Positions 44,670-52,375 of a stretch of 64,000 nt of DNA are shown in pieces. Every line of letters starts with the position of its first letter. Position 1 is the first letter of the stretch. This stretch comes from Candidatus Oxydemutatoraceae bacterium (lineage in GTDB: Bacteria > Pseudomonadota > Gammaproteobacteria > Poriferisulfidales > Oxydemutatoraceae): contig OZ244779.1 of the NCBI GenBank assembly GCA_965219575.1, positions 1,516,769-1,580,768 of the forward strand. Reading direction: 5' to 3'. Both the position numbers and the translations under genes were made by a program. The notes under the pieces are model-generated. The model saw only the letters and a list, made by a program, of their open reading frames with translations, did not search any database and was not told the DNA's origin.

Positions 44670-45980
44670 TTACTTCTGCTTGGCACTGAGATAATCCTTA
44701 TTGTAGCGTCTCCACGGGTGGGTCGGCTTCGGCTTATGACCGCGACGGTGTTTTGCCACAATCTCATCTACCGCTAGATTGATTGTTTTGTCGTTGTACG
44801 GTTGAGACAGTGGGGGGTGTTCGCAGTAGATATCATGCGCCAACTCCCGCCCTTTGTAGAGTATGACAATCTCGCCATTGAGTAGCTCGCACACGGTGAC
44901 CGATGCGCCACGCATCGCATAACCGGGTTTCTTGGTTTTGATAAGATACTGTATATTATGATGCTGACAGATGAGGTTTTTCGATAACTTTCTAGTACTC
45001 TGTTTAGACAAAGCCAGTGCTAATTCTCGCTGGGTGAGAGGCATTTTGCGATGATAGTCGTGGCTGTCTAGAGGCTTCGTGGCGAACTGCTGATTGTGTT
45101 TTGGGAGATACCATTGAGCAAACTGGTTAGCTTCCTCAATAGAGCAGATGTTGTGAAGCCTCATGAGTTTGACCCATCGGTCTTGCAGGGTTTTGAATGC
45201 GCGTTCAACGCGTCCTTTAGCTTGCGGTGTGCGTGCCAGGCATAGTTCAATTTCCATTTGTTGCAAAGCACTTTGGAACTGGGTCGGTTGTTGAAAGATG
45301 TGTTGCTCTTTGGCATTGTTGCTAAAGATGCTATGGCGGTCGGAATACAGGCACAACGGGCAGCCATGGCGTTGGATATGCTGTTTGAGTGTTCGCATAT
45401 AATCAAAGGTGGTCTCGGCAGCACAGAAATGCAATGCGGTAATCTGTGAGGTGGCATCGTCAATAAATATAATGAGCGTGCAGGGGTCGCCTCGCCCTTC
45501 AAACCAATCGTGGGTCGAACCGTCAATCTGTATGAGTTTGCCGAAGCCAGTTTGTCTGGGACGGCTTTGATGCGTTTTGATTGCATTGCGTCGCTTACCC
45601 TGGTGTAGCCCCTCTGCAATCATCCACTTGCGCAAGGTTTCAACGCTGAATGAGCGGTCAAATAAATGCCCATGACATTCAAACAACTGCTCATGTGCAA
45701 AAGTCGGTCCGAAATCGTGATAGTTCTCACGAATGAGCTTAACGGCTAGTTGTTTGATTGTCTCCGGTATTTTATTGTTTGAAGGCTTACCGCGTCGTTT
45801 AGATATCAGTGCCTTGATATCTTGCTTGCGATAGGCACTTAATAATCGCTTCACATGGCGGACGCTGATGTTGAGCATCTGTGCGGCCTTGGCTCTCGGT
45901 AATTTTTCCTCCAAGCATCGCTTGAGGACATGGTGGCGTTCTATTTCTTTGTCTGACATAGAGTAAGTTCCTTCGTTCAT
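44670..45980 (-). CDS. DDE transposase (ISNCY/IS1202 type)
   Basis: N-terminal HTH, IQIDGSTHDWFEGRG, LYSDRHSIF, PQAKGRVERAFKTLQDR. Confidence 0.93.
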   Translation of the reverse strand: MNEGTYSMSDKEIERHHVLKRCLEEKLPRAKAAQMLNISVRHVKRLLSAYRKQDIKALISKRRGKPSNNKIPETIKQLAVKLIRENYHDFGPTFAHEQLFECHGHLFDRSFSVETLRKWMIAEGLHQGKRRNAIKTHQSRPRQTGFGKLIQIDGSTHDWFEGRGDPCTLIIFIDDATSQITALHFCAAETTFDYMRTLKQHIQRHGCPLCLYSDRHSIFSNNAKEQHIFQQPTQFQSALQQMEIELCLARTPQAKGRVERAFKTLQDRWVKLMRLHNICSIEEANQFAQWYLPKHNQQFATKPLDSHDYHRKMPLTQRELALALSKQSTRKLSKNLICQHHNIQYLIKTKKPGYAMRGASVTVCELLNGEIVILYKGRELAHDIYCEHPPLSQPYNDKTINLAVDEIVAKHRRGHKPKPTHPWRRYNKDYLSAKQK

Positions 45981-46155
45981 TGCATCTTCTCCTAAGCTGG
46001 GTTAAAAATGCTTTATTGTCCCCTAAAGGTGACATTTCTACTTTGGCGAAAGGTGACATTACTACTTTGCGCTTACACACATTTTGTGCGGCAGCTATAT
46101 CTGCAAAGCACGCGAGCAGTATACACAGAACGATACGAGTGCAGTTTATTCTCAT

Positions 46156-46773
46156 TTAAGGTTTGGTGTCGCGATGCTTGAGTATTTTATCTACGATGCC
46201 GTATGCGAGTGCCTCTTCCGCGTCCATAAAATTGTCGCGCTCGGTGTCGCGACGGATTTTAGTTATCGTTTGTTTGGTATGCTTGCTCAATAACTGATTC
46301 AGCTTCTCTCGTGTTTTGATGATTTCTTTGGCGTGTATGTCTATATCGGTGGCTTGACCCTGAAATGCACCCATCGGTTGATGAATCATCACTTTGGAAT
46401 GTGGCAACAGATGACGTTTGCCGCGTGCACCCCCTGCCAACAGGACAGCCCCCATGCTCGCCGCCTGTCCGACGCACAGCGTACTGATCTCGGGGCGTGT
46501 AAATTGCATCGTATCGTAGATTGCAAGACCCGCCGACACCGAACCACCCGGCGAGTTGATATAAAGAGAGATTTCCTTATCCGAGTTTTCCGATTCCAAA
46601 AATAGAATTTGGGCAATGATCAAGTTTGCCATATGGTCGTTGATCGCACCGACGACAAAAATCACGCGCTCTTTGAGCAGTCGCGAATAAATGTCGTAGG
46701 ATCGCTCACCGCGAGCACTTTTTTCTACTACGATAGGTACTAAATTTAATGCGGTTTCTTCGTGTGAGTTCAT
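46156..46773 (-). CDS. clpP: Clp protease proteolytic subunit
   Basis: [30 protein letters not shown]. Confidence 0.98.
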   Translation of the reverse strand: MNSHEETALNLVPIVVEKSARGERSYDIYSRLLKERVIFVVGAINDHMANLIIAQILFLESENSDKEISLYINSPGGSVSAGLAIYDTMQFTRPEISTLCVGQAASMGAVLLAGGARGKRHLLPHSKVMIHQPMGAFQGQATDIDIHAKEIIKTREKLNQLLSKHTKQTITKIRRDTERDNFMDAEEALAYGIVDKILKHRDTKP

Positions 46774-46782
46774 TTCAGCTCC

Positions 46783-48087
46783 TCATTGCGTTTTTTCCAT
46801 GTCCATAAGTTCGTAAAAAGGGTATGCTTTTTCGCTTATATTTGCTTTTTCGATCACATAATCGATGATTTTATCTTCCAGCACCATCGATTCCACTTTA
46901 CGGTAAGCCTCGACACTGCCATGGTAGTAGTTTTTCATACGCTCGGGATCTTTGTAGCCTTCTACCAGCTCGTTAATTTTAGCCTCGCGTGCGCTACGAT
47001 CGATTTTGAAAAAGTTTTTTTCGTTAATGTAAATAAACAAGATATCCAAACAAACTTTACGCTCTGCGGTTTTTTCGAATAACTCGTCGGATATATCTTC
47101 ATTGACATAATTCTTACCATCCTTAGCTAGGATTTTTTTCATTTTTTCAATTTGCTCTTTCATCATCGCCGGAGGTGCTTTTATGTTAGCGTGGGTCAGC
47201 ATTGCATTTTCTACATTCGTGCGACGTAGTTGCGAGAGCTTTCTTTTGAGTTCCCACTCCATCCCCTCGCGCAGCGAGCTACGCAAAGCATCCACCCCGC
47301 CCTCTTCGATATTACACGCTTTGAAAAAATCGTCGTCCAGTTCGGGCAGAACCGCCGTTGCCACCGACTTCAGAGACACTTCGTAGCGCATGGCCGTTTT
47401 ATCCGAGTCTGCGGTATCTACGGTTTTTTGATCGATCTTCTCTCTCAAGCTGATTTCTTTTTTTTCACCTGCGCGCATATTTTCAATCTGCCGATCGAGA
47501 CGCTCGCTCATCAGCTTCGAACCTAAGATATAGCTTTTATCGTCAAACACTTTTATAGGTTTCTTATCGGTTTCCACGATGTTCACATTTATAGTCACCT
47601 TGTCGCCGACGCACGCCGGTCCGTCTTTGACTTGCCATGTAGCATGATTCATGCGCACCCGTTCCACCATAGTGTCTATATCTTTCTCGGTAATCTCACA
47701 GATCGGCTTTTCAATCGTGATATCCTCATAAGTATTCAACTGCAAATCGGGTAGCACTTCTATATAAGCCGTGTAGTGGATGCCTTTATCCGTATCTATC
47801 TCTATGTCTTCAAAAGAAGGATTGCTCAAGACGAAAAAATCGTGTTGTTTCGTTACTTCTTCGTAACTCTCGTACAATAAGGTATTGACAACATCGGCTT
47901 TTACTTCTGCCCCGTAATAACGTTTGATTATCTCCAGCGGTGCCTTGCCCGGCCTAAAACCCTTGATCTCGGCAGTGGTAGACAGTTTACGAAGTTTTGC
48001 ATCGATCCGTTCGTTAAAATCCGCCGCCGGAATATCAATATGGAGTTTGCGCCCGAAAGTATCTATTTCTTCTATTCTACAATTCAT
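46783..48087 (-). CDS. tig: Trigger factor
   Basis: GFRPGKAP ribosome-binding motif; directly upstream of clpP. Confidence 0.92.
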   Translation of the reverse strand: MNCRIEEIDTFGRKLHIDIPAADFNERIDAKLRKLSTTAEIKGFRPGKAPLEIIKRYYGAEVKADVVNTLLYESYEEVTKQHDFFVLSNPSFEDIEIDTDKGIHYTAYIEVLPDLQLNTYEDITIEKPICEITEKDIDTMVERVRMNHATWQVKDGPACVGDKVTINVNIVETDKKPIKVFDDKSYILGSKLMSERLDRQIENMRAGEKKEISLREKIDQKTVDTADSDKTAMRYEVSLKSVATAVLPELDDDFFKACNIEEGGVDALRSSLREGMEWELKRKLSQLRRTNVENAMLTHANIKAPPAMMKEQIEKMKKILAKDGKNYVNEDISDELFEKTAERKVCLDILFIYINEKNFFKIDRSAREAKINELVEGYKDPERMKNYYHGSVEAYRKVESMVLEDKIIDYVIEKANISEKAYPFYELMDMEKTQ

Positions 48088-48129
48088 TAAACCGATATGT
48101 TTTGAGTGGTTATTATAACCTTAAAACGA

Positions 48130-48212
48130 TGCGGAAGGAGAGACTCGAACTCTCAAGGGAATATCCCACTGGCACCTAAAGCCAGCGCGTCTACCAATTT
48201 CGCCACTTCCGC
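48130..48212 (-). tRNA. tRNA-Leu(TAG), CCA not encoded (followed by TCG)
   Basis: GCGGAAGTGGCGAAATTGGTAGACGC…loop TTTAGGT…long variable arm…GTTCGAGTC…CTTCCGCA. Confidence 0.93.
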
Positions 48213-48264
48213 ATCGCTTAAAAATAGCTTATTATAATTGATTATTCCGACGATAACCGACTCG

Positions 48265-49152
48265 ATGCGCCTATTTCTGCTTTTTCTATTTTCCGTATTG
48301 CTTGCCATCGTAGGCAGTAGCTTGGTTGCGCAACCGCTCTATGAATTATTAGACATTGACAATCTAATCGATTTCGACAACTTCGGGAAGCGGTTGGCGA
48401 TGCTGGCAATTTTACTGACGATTGTCGCAATACTCAAGTTCAAAGGTTTGCTGGATCAGAAAAATGTAGGCTGGTCGGTGAATGAAAACCAAACACGACG
48501 CGGATTATTATTTTATGGCTTCGTCGTAGGTATAGCAATGATGCTACCCATCGCTTGGCTGTTTCATCTAACGGAACTTCGGGTTTTTAATCTTGCGCCG
48601 GACTTTGTCTGGGGTTCTTTTGTAGTCAAGTTCGCATCGCTACTACTCGCCGCCTTTGCGGTTTCTTTAATAGAGGAAACTTTTTTCAGAGGCGTTCTGT
48701 TCGGTGGTTTTCTGAAAGACAAAACACCGCTATTTGCGGTATTATTAACTGCCCTGTTCTTCGCAGTGATACACTTCGCACGCATCAAGGGAAGCGAATT
48801 GCCCGCCGATGCACCGTGGTATTACGGTTCGGTGATACTCGCCGACAGTATCGCAATGCATTGGCACGGCGACTATGCCGCAACGGCACTCAGCCTTTTT
48901 TTAGCCGGCGTATTGCTGGGCATCGTGCGCTTAAAGACCGCAAGCGTATGGGCTTGCATCGGCATACACAGCGGATGGATATTGACGCTCAAGGTCGATA
49001 AAAAATTATCCTATTTCAACGAACAGTCCGATTGGAGTTTTCTGGTCGGAGCGTACGATTCGTATAACGGTTGGGCAACCGCCGGCTGGTTGGCGATTAT
49101 CTCTCTTATCTACTTTGCCGTTGCCATCTATAGAAAGGCTAGCGGTTCATGA
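48265..49152 (+). CDS. CPBP (CAAX/Abi) family intramembrane glutamic endopeptidase
   Basis: IEETFFRG, FFAVIH and IGIHSGW motifs in a multi-TM protein. Confidence 0.88.
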   Translation: MRLFLLFLFSVLLAIVGSSLVAQPLYELLDIDNLIDFDNFGKRLAMLAILLTIVAILKFKGLLDQKNVGWSVNENQTRRGLLFYGFVVGIAMMLPIAWLFHLTELRVFNLAPDFVWGSFVVKFASLLLAAFAVSLIEETFFRGVLFGGFLKDKTPLFAVLLTALFFAVIHFARIKGSELPADAPWYYGSVILADSIAMHWHGDYAATALSLFLAGVLLGIVRLKTASVWACIGIHSGWILTLKVDKKLSYFNEQSDWSFLVGAYDSYNGWATAGWLAIISLIYFAVAIYRKASGS

Positions 49153-49444
49153 TATTGCTTTTATAGAAATACCATCGCTTGCCCATCAACTGCCGCACCG
49201 CTTCGTCGTTGCGATAACGTCTGCGCAACAAGCGATACACAAAATAAGGAATATTGTAAAAAACAAATGCCAGAAAAATCATCACCAAACCGACGATCAC
49301 TTTGTATTCATCCAACAACGGAATCTCCGCCCACCAAAATGCTAATCCGACCAAGCATATGACGGCAGCCAACGAGAGTGTCAAACAGCGATTATAGTAA
49401 TCGTGTTCGCGTTTGAGATGTTGTAATCGTTTTATCGAATCCAT
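49139..49444 (-). CDS. Small two-TM hypothetical protein
   Basis: MDSIKRL… with two hydrophobic segments; start trimmed to avoid overlap with the upstream gene. Confidence 0.6.
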   Translation of the reverse strand: MDSIKRLQHLKREHDYYNRCLTLSLAAVICLVGLAFWWAEIPLLDEYKVIVGLVMIFLAFVFYNIPYFVYRLLRRRYRNDEAVRQLMGKRWYFYKSNIMNR

Positions 49445-49470
49445 CTTTACCGTACCACCGCCTTTGATTA

Positions 49471-49941
49471 CTAGAGCTTCTGCAAATAATCGGTCAACAA
49501 TGCTTTGGTATATGCGTAAGCATCGGGCTGTTTGCTGGCACGAGGTCCGGCGATATTCAAAGTCTCGGGTTGAATACGGCGAGTAAAGCTCAACACTTCG
49601 TCGACCGCCGATGAAAATTGTACGGCATTTGCATCTATCGTTAAAACCGGCTTGGCTTCTTGATTGCAAAATTCAACCGTCAACTCGGTGCCACCTTCCA
49701 GTCGATCAAAATAGATAATCACGGTTGCATCGCTATCCGACACATTGCGCAAAGTACGCCGAATATAATCCCCTCCCACAAGCTCTTTTAGAGGATAGTA
49801 TGAAGCAATTATACCGTCTTCGGCTAAACGTCCTTCGGGACACCAGCCTCCGCATGGTATTGCCAACTCCAGCGCAACATCCAAAGCTGCCCTATCGACA
49901 CCCGTCTGCCCACCGGAAATAATGATGATATTTTTTTTCAT
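49471..49941 (-). CDS. Putative molybdenum carrier (SLOG-fold) protein
   Basis: IISGGQTGVDRAALD, GWCPEGRLAEDG, RTLRNV, LNIAGPRAS. Confidence 0.88.
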   Translation of the reverse strand: MKKNIIIISGGQTGVDRAALDVALELAIPCGGWCPEGRLAEDGIIASYYPLKELVGGDYIRRTLRNVSDSDATVIIYFDRLEGGTELTVEFCNQEAKPVLTIDANAVQFSSAVDEVLSFTRRIQPETLNIAGPRASKQPDAYAYTKALLTDYLQKL

Positions 49942-49983
49942 AGCCGTAGTGGCTATTTTACAATACTCTACAAGGACAGACCG

Positions 49984-50025
49984 TTCGCCTCCTATGGAGA
50001 GGAGTAGAGCTATTGAAAAAGTGCT
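49984..50025. repeat. Degenerate CCTCC/GGAG hairpin plus a lone MITE TIR remnant
   Basis: TTCGCCTCCTATGGAGAGGAGTAG, then AGAGCTATTGAAAAAGTGCT (compare GGGGCTGTTGAAAAAGTA). Confidence 0.5.
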
Positions 50026-50037
50026 GGTATCGCACAC

Positions 50038-50078
50038 TAGAACCGCCGATTGAGCCGGTAGGTCAATCAGCGATTCTA
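50038..50078. repeat. 41-bp TA-flanked palindromic element overlapping the stop codon of the secreted paralog
   Basis: TAGAACCGCCGATTGAGCCGGTAGGTCAATCAGCGATTCTA. Confidence 0.8.
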
Positions 50079-51308
50079 CTGGAGAGGACCTTCCAAAAAC
50101 ACTTTACTACGGATACAAAGGGCTGCGTTCTCCGGAACAATCCTTACTGTGGCAGTACTAGGATCACCTATAAAGTAACCGGTAACAACACTAGGATCAG
50201 GACGGATTGTTATAGTTAATTCAGCACTACACATACTACCCGAGTCAATAATGCTAATTTTGGCAGAACCTTCTTCCACACTTTGCGGAAGTGCAACTCT
50301 TATTACTGGATCATCAAGATCAACATAGCTTCCACCTCCGGAAAGTTCTATCTCTACTAATACTGAGGATGTGAGTGTTACATTGGCAGTTATTGTGGTC
50401 GTCACCGTATCACCCGGCATAACGATTCTCGGTGCGGTGATAGTCACCGTAGGATCATTATCGGTGATGAGGAGTAGACCATTACGACATGAAGCACGAT
50501 TATCGGGAACATTGGTCGGCACTTCGCTTGGATTTTGTGCCACTGATATATCAACCTGATCGGTCTGCCTAATTTCTACTATATCGTCGTCCACCACCAG
50601 ATTATTCAAAAGAAAGTGTGTTTGTCCGGCTCTGATAGTCAAAGAGTCGATGGCATTAATATCGGCACGCGATGCACTACCTGAAAAGTCATATGTAAGT
50701 GAGGCTGTGACATCTCTATTCAAGCCTTTGCTATTATCTTCACTCTCTCCTCTTAAGAGGTTGATCTGCGGGATATCGCCAAAACCATCAACATTGCTAC
50801 CTTCTTGTATTTGATAACCAAATTTAGAGAAGCAGAGTATGTATTCGTCGTCCAATACGGTCACCGAATCATTAGCAAGTCCTGCGATTGAAATTTCTAT
50901 GGTTTTATCGGCATTGAGTCTTCGGTTATCGTTCAATTTTAATTCAAATCTCGCAGTTTGCGAACCTTGCCGAAAAGAAATAATATTATTATAAGTTGAA
51001 GATTGGACGACCTCAGTCCCTAAAGATACACCGGGTCCGCGTACTAAACTTAAACTATTAAAGTCTCCCGCTTCAAAACCACGGATAGCAAGATTTAGGG
51101 CAATCATTTCGGTGCCGGTGAGCCTACGATTTAAGGTGACATCAAACGGTATCGTCGCACCGACCAAAGAACCTTGGACTAGATTGCCTTCGTAGTACTC
51201 GTCTCGATCAGCCGATATCGTAGCTGTTACCGATTGCTGTGCGACGGCTGTATCTGCAAAGCACGCGAGTAGTATACATAAACCTATAAGTTTGTAGTTG
51301 ATTCTCAT
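50076..51308 (-). CDS. Secreted beta-sandwich (Calx-beta/Ig-like repeat) protein with conserved C-terminal KVFLEGPLQ motif
   Basis: Signal peptide ending AVA-Q; domain ends SVTVLDDE and LLITDND; last domain and termini shared with 43785-46155. Confidence 0.75.
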   Translation of the reverse strand: MRINYKLIGLCILLACFADTAVAQQSVTATISADRDEYYEGNLVQGSLVGATIPFDVTLNRRLTGTEMIALNLAIRGFEAGDFNSLSLVRGPGVSLGTEVVQSSTYNNIISFRQGSQTARFELKLNDNRRLNADKTIEISIAGLANDSVTVLDDEYILCFSKFGYQIQEGSNVDGFGDIPQINLLRGESEDNSKGLNRDVTASLTYDFSGSASRADINAIDSLTIRAGQTHFLLNNLVVDDDIVEIRQTDQVDISVAQNPSEVPTNVPDNRASCRNGLLLITDNDPTVTITAPRIVMPGDTVTTTITANVTLTSSVLVEIELSGGGSYVDLDDPVIRVALPQSVEEGSAKISIIDSGSMCSAELTITIRPDPSVVTGYFIGDPSTATVRIVPENAALCIRSKVFLEGPLQ

Positions 51309-51383
51309 ATTTAAGATTTAATATTGCGATTCATTTTTATATCTTCAAATGTCTATTTTACAATACCCTCCCATAAGGGCAAA

Positions 51384-51411
51384 CTATTGTCCTCCTGAGG
51401 AGAGGCGTAGC
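51384..51411 (-). repeat. CCTCTCC/GGAGG hairpin repeat downstream of rnpB
   Basis: Minus strand GCTACGCCTCTCCTCAGGAGGACAATAG resembles 43741-43766. Confidence 0.5.
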
Positions 51412-51425
51412 CTCTCGAAACCGAA

Positions 51426-51764
51426 AGGCGAGTTGGTCTATAAGCCGGGTTCTGTTTCGGCAGCCATCCATCTGGGATATATGTCGCCATATACCTCTAG
51501 CGGTTTACCCGAGAGTCTGCGCGGGCAACGCATAACGCTCTCCTATTCAACCTTGCTCCAAGTGGGGTTTACCCTGCCACCGATGTTACCATCGGCGCGG
51601 TGTGCTCTTACCACACCTTTTCACCCTTACCTCCGAAACGAGGCGGTATCTTTTCTGTGGCACTTTCCATGGACTCACATCCTCCAGATGTTATCTGGCA
51701 CCCTGCCCTGCGGAGCCCGGACTTTCCTCTATGTGTTGCTCATAGCGACTGCCCGACCAACTCC
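51426..51764 (-). ncRNA. rnpB: RNase P RNA, class A
   Basis: Minus strand GAGGAAAGTCCGGGCTCC, GGAAAGTGCCACAGAAAA, GGTAAACCCCAC and ACAGAACCCGGCTTA; P1 ends GGAGTTGGTC/GACCAACTC. Confidence 0.96.
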
Positions 51765-51861
51765 ACACAAGCATAACATATTCGGGGTTTCGTCGCTTGC
51801 TTCGGCACCATCCGAGTTATCATAATTCGGTGGGTGAACGCGTTGATTATGCAGATATGGC

Positions 51862-52196
51862 GGGACTGTTGAAAAAGTATCGTCAGCTTGCAACCGTAAC
51901 CGCTTGCGCCATGAATTTATAATAACCACCAAGCCGTAGGGGCAGGATAAAGCCGCCGATTGAGCCGGTAGGTCAATCGGCAATTTTAATGTCTGCCTTT
52001 AAGTGCCGTTCTGCACGACACCAACCGCTTGCGCCCAACAAATAATAGTTTTCATAATATTAATGGGTGAACGCATTAATCGTGCAAACATGATACGTTT
52101 CGGGCGGACATGCAAGTCCGCCCCTACGGCGGTTTGTAAATATTCACGGCGCAAGCGGTTGCAGTTGTGCAAAAACAGTACTTTTTCAACAGCCCT
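51862..52196 (-). mobile_element. MITE copy 3 (inverted, mosaic, nested 41-bp palindrome at 51948-51988, no target duplication)
   Basis: GGGACTGTTGAAAAAGTAT…TACTTTTTCAACAGCCCT; reverse complement of the copy 1 body, but with the long arm at both ends. Confidence 0.8.
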
Positions 52197-52204
52197 CGTT
52201 CGCG

Positions 52205-52252
52205 ACCACCCCGTCAGGCTTCACCTGCCACCCCTCCACAGGAGGGGAATAG
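52205..52252 (+). repeat. CCCCTCC/GGAGGGG hairpin repeat
   Basis: ACCACCCCGTCAGGCTTCACCTGCCACCCCTCCACAGGAGGGGAATAG. Confidence 0.6.
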
Positions 52253-52268
52253 ACTGATGTGGTGGCGG

Positions 52269-52340
52269 TGCCGAGGAGAGGACTTGAACCCCCAACCTTC
52301 GCATTACAAGTGCGCTGCACTACCATTGTGCTACCTCGGC
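52269..52340 (-). tRNA. tRNA-Thr(TGT), CCA not encoded (followed by CCG)
   Basis: GCCGAGGTAGCACAATGGTAGTGC…loop CTTGTAA…GGTTCAAGTCC…CCTCGGCA. Confidence 0.92.
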
Positions 52341-52375
52341 ATGGGTCGTTCACCGCAAATCCGTACTTCAATATG

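Larger units (their letters stand above)
44161..46077 (-). mobile_element. Insertion sequence, IS1202-like (ISNCY/IS481-related DDE), 1917 bp, 16-bp target duplication
   Basis: TGT…ACA ends; two CAAAGTAG(A/T)AATGTCACC repeats in each end; CACATTTTGTGCGGCA at 44145-44160 and 46078-46093. Confidence 0.9.
43785..46155 (-). pseudogene. Secreted single Ig-like-domain protein (145 aa reconstructed) interrupted by an IS; paralog of 50076-51308
   Basis: Removing the IS and one 16-bp duplication joins MRINCTRIVLCILLACFADIAAAQNV in frame to PTLTISTTP…LCIRSKVFLEGPLQ. Confidence 0.88.

Noticed and set aside
44300-44767. 155-aa ORF with a repeated peptide inside the IS
   Set aside because: The repetition follows from the 135-bp in-frame DNA duplication; the ORF overlaps the transposase end and has no clear RBS or known motif.
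44161-46077. dif-targeting behaviour of the IS1202-like element
   Set aside because: The dif-targeting members make short duplications next to Xer sites; this copy has a 16-bp duplication and no dif-like sequence nearby.
45799-46155. 118-aa ORF as an independent gene
   Set aside because: It is the signal-peptide fragment of the interrupted gene reading into the IS end.
43785-51308. Diversity-generating retroelement (TR/VR) explaining the shared 3' ends of the paralogs
   Set aside because: The shared segment differs only at synonymous sites rather than showing adenine-directed diversification, and there is no reverse transcriptase in the window.
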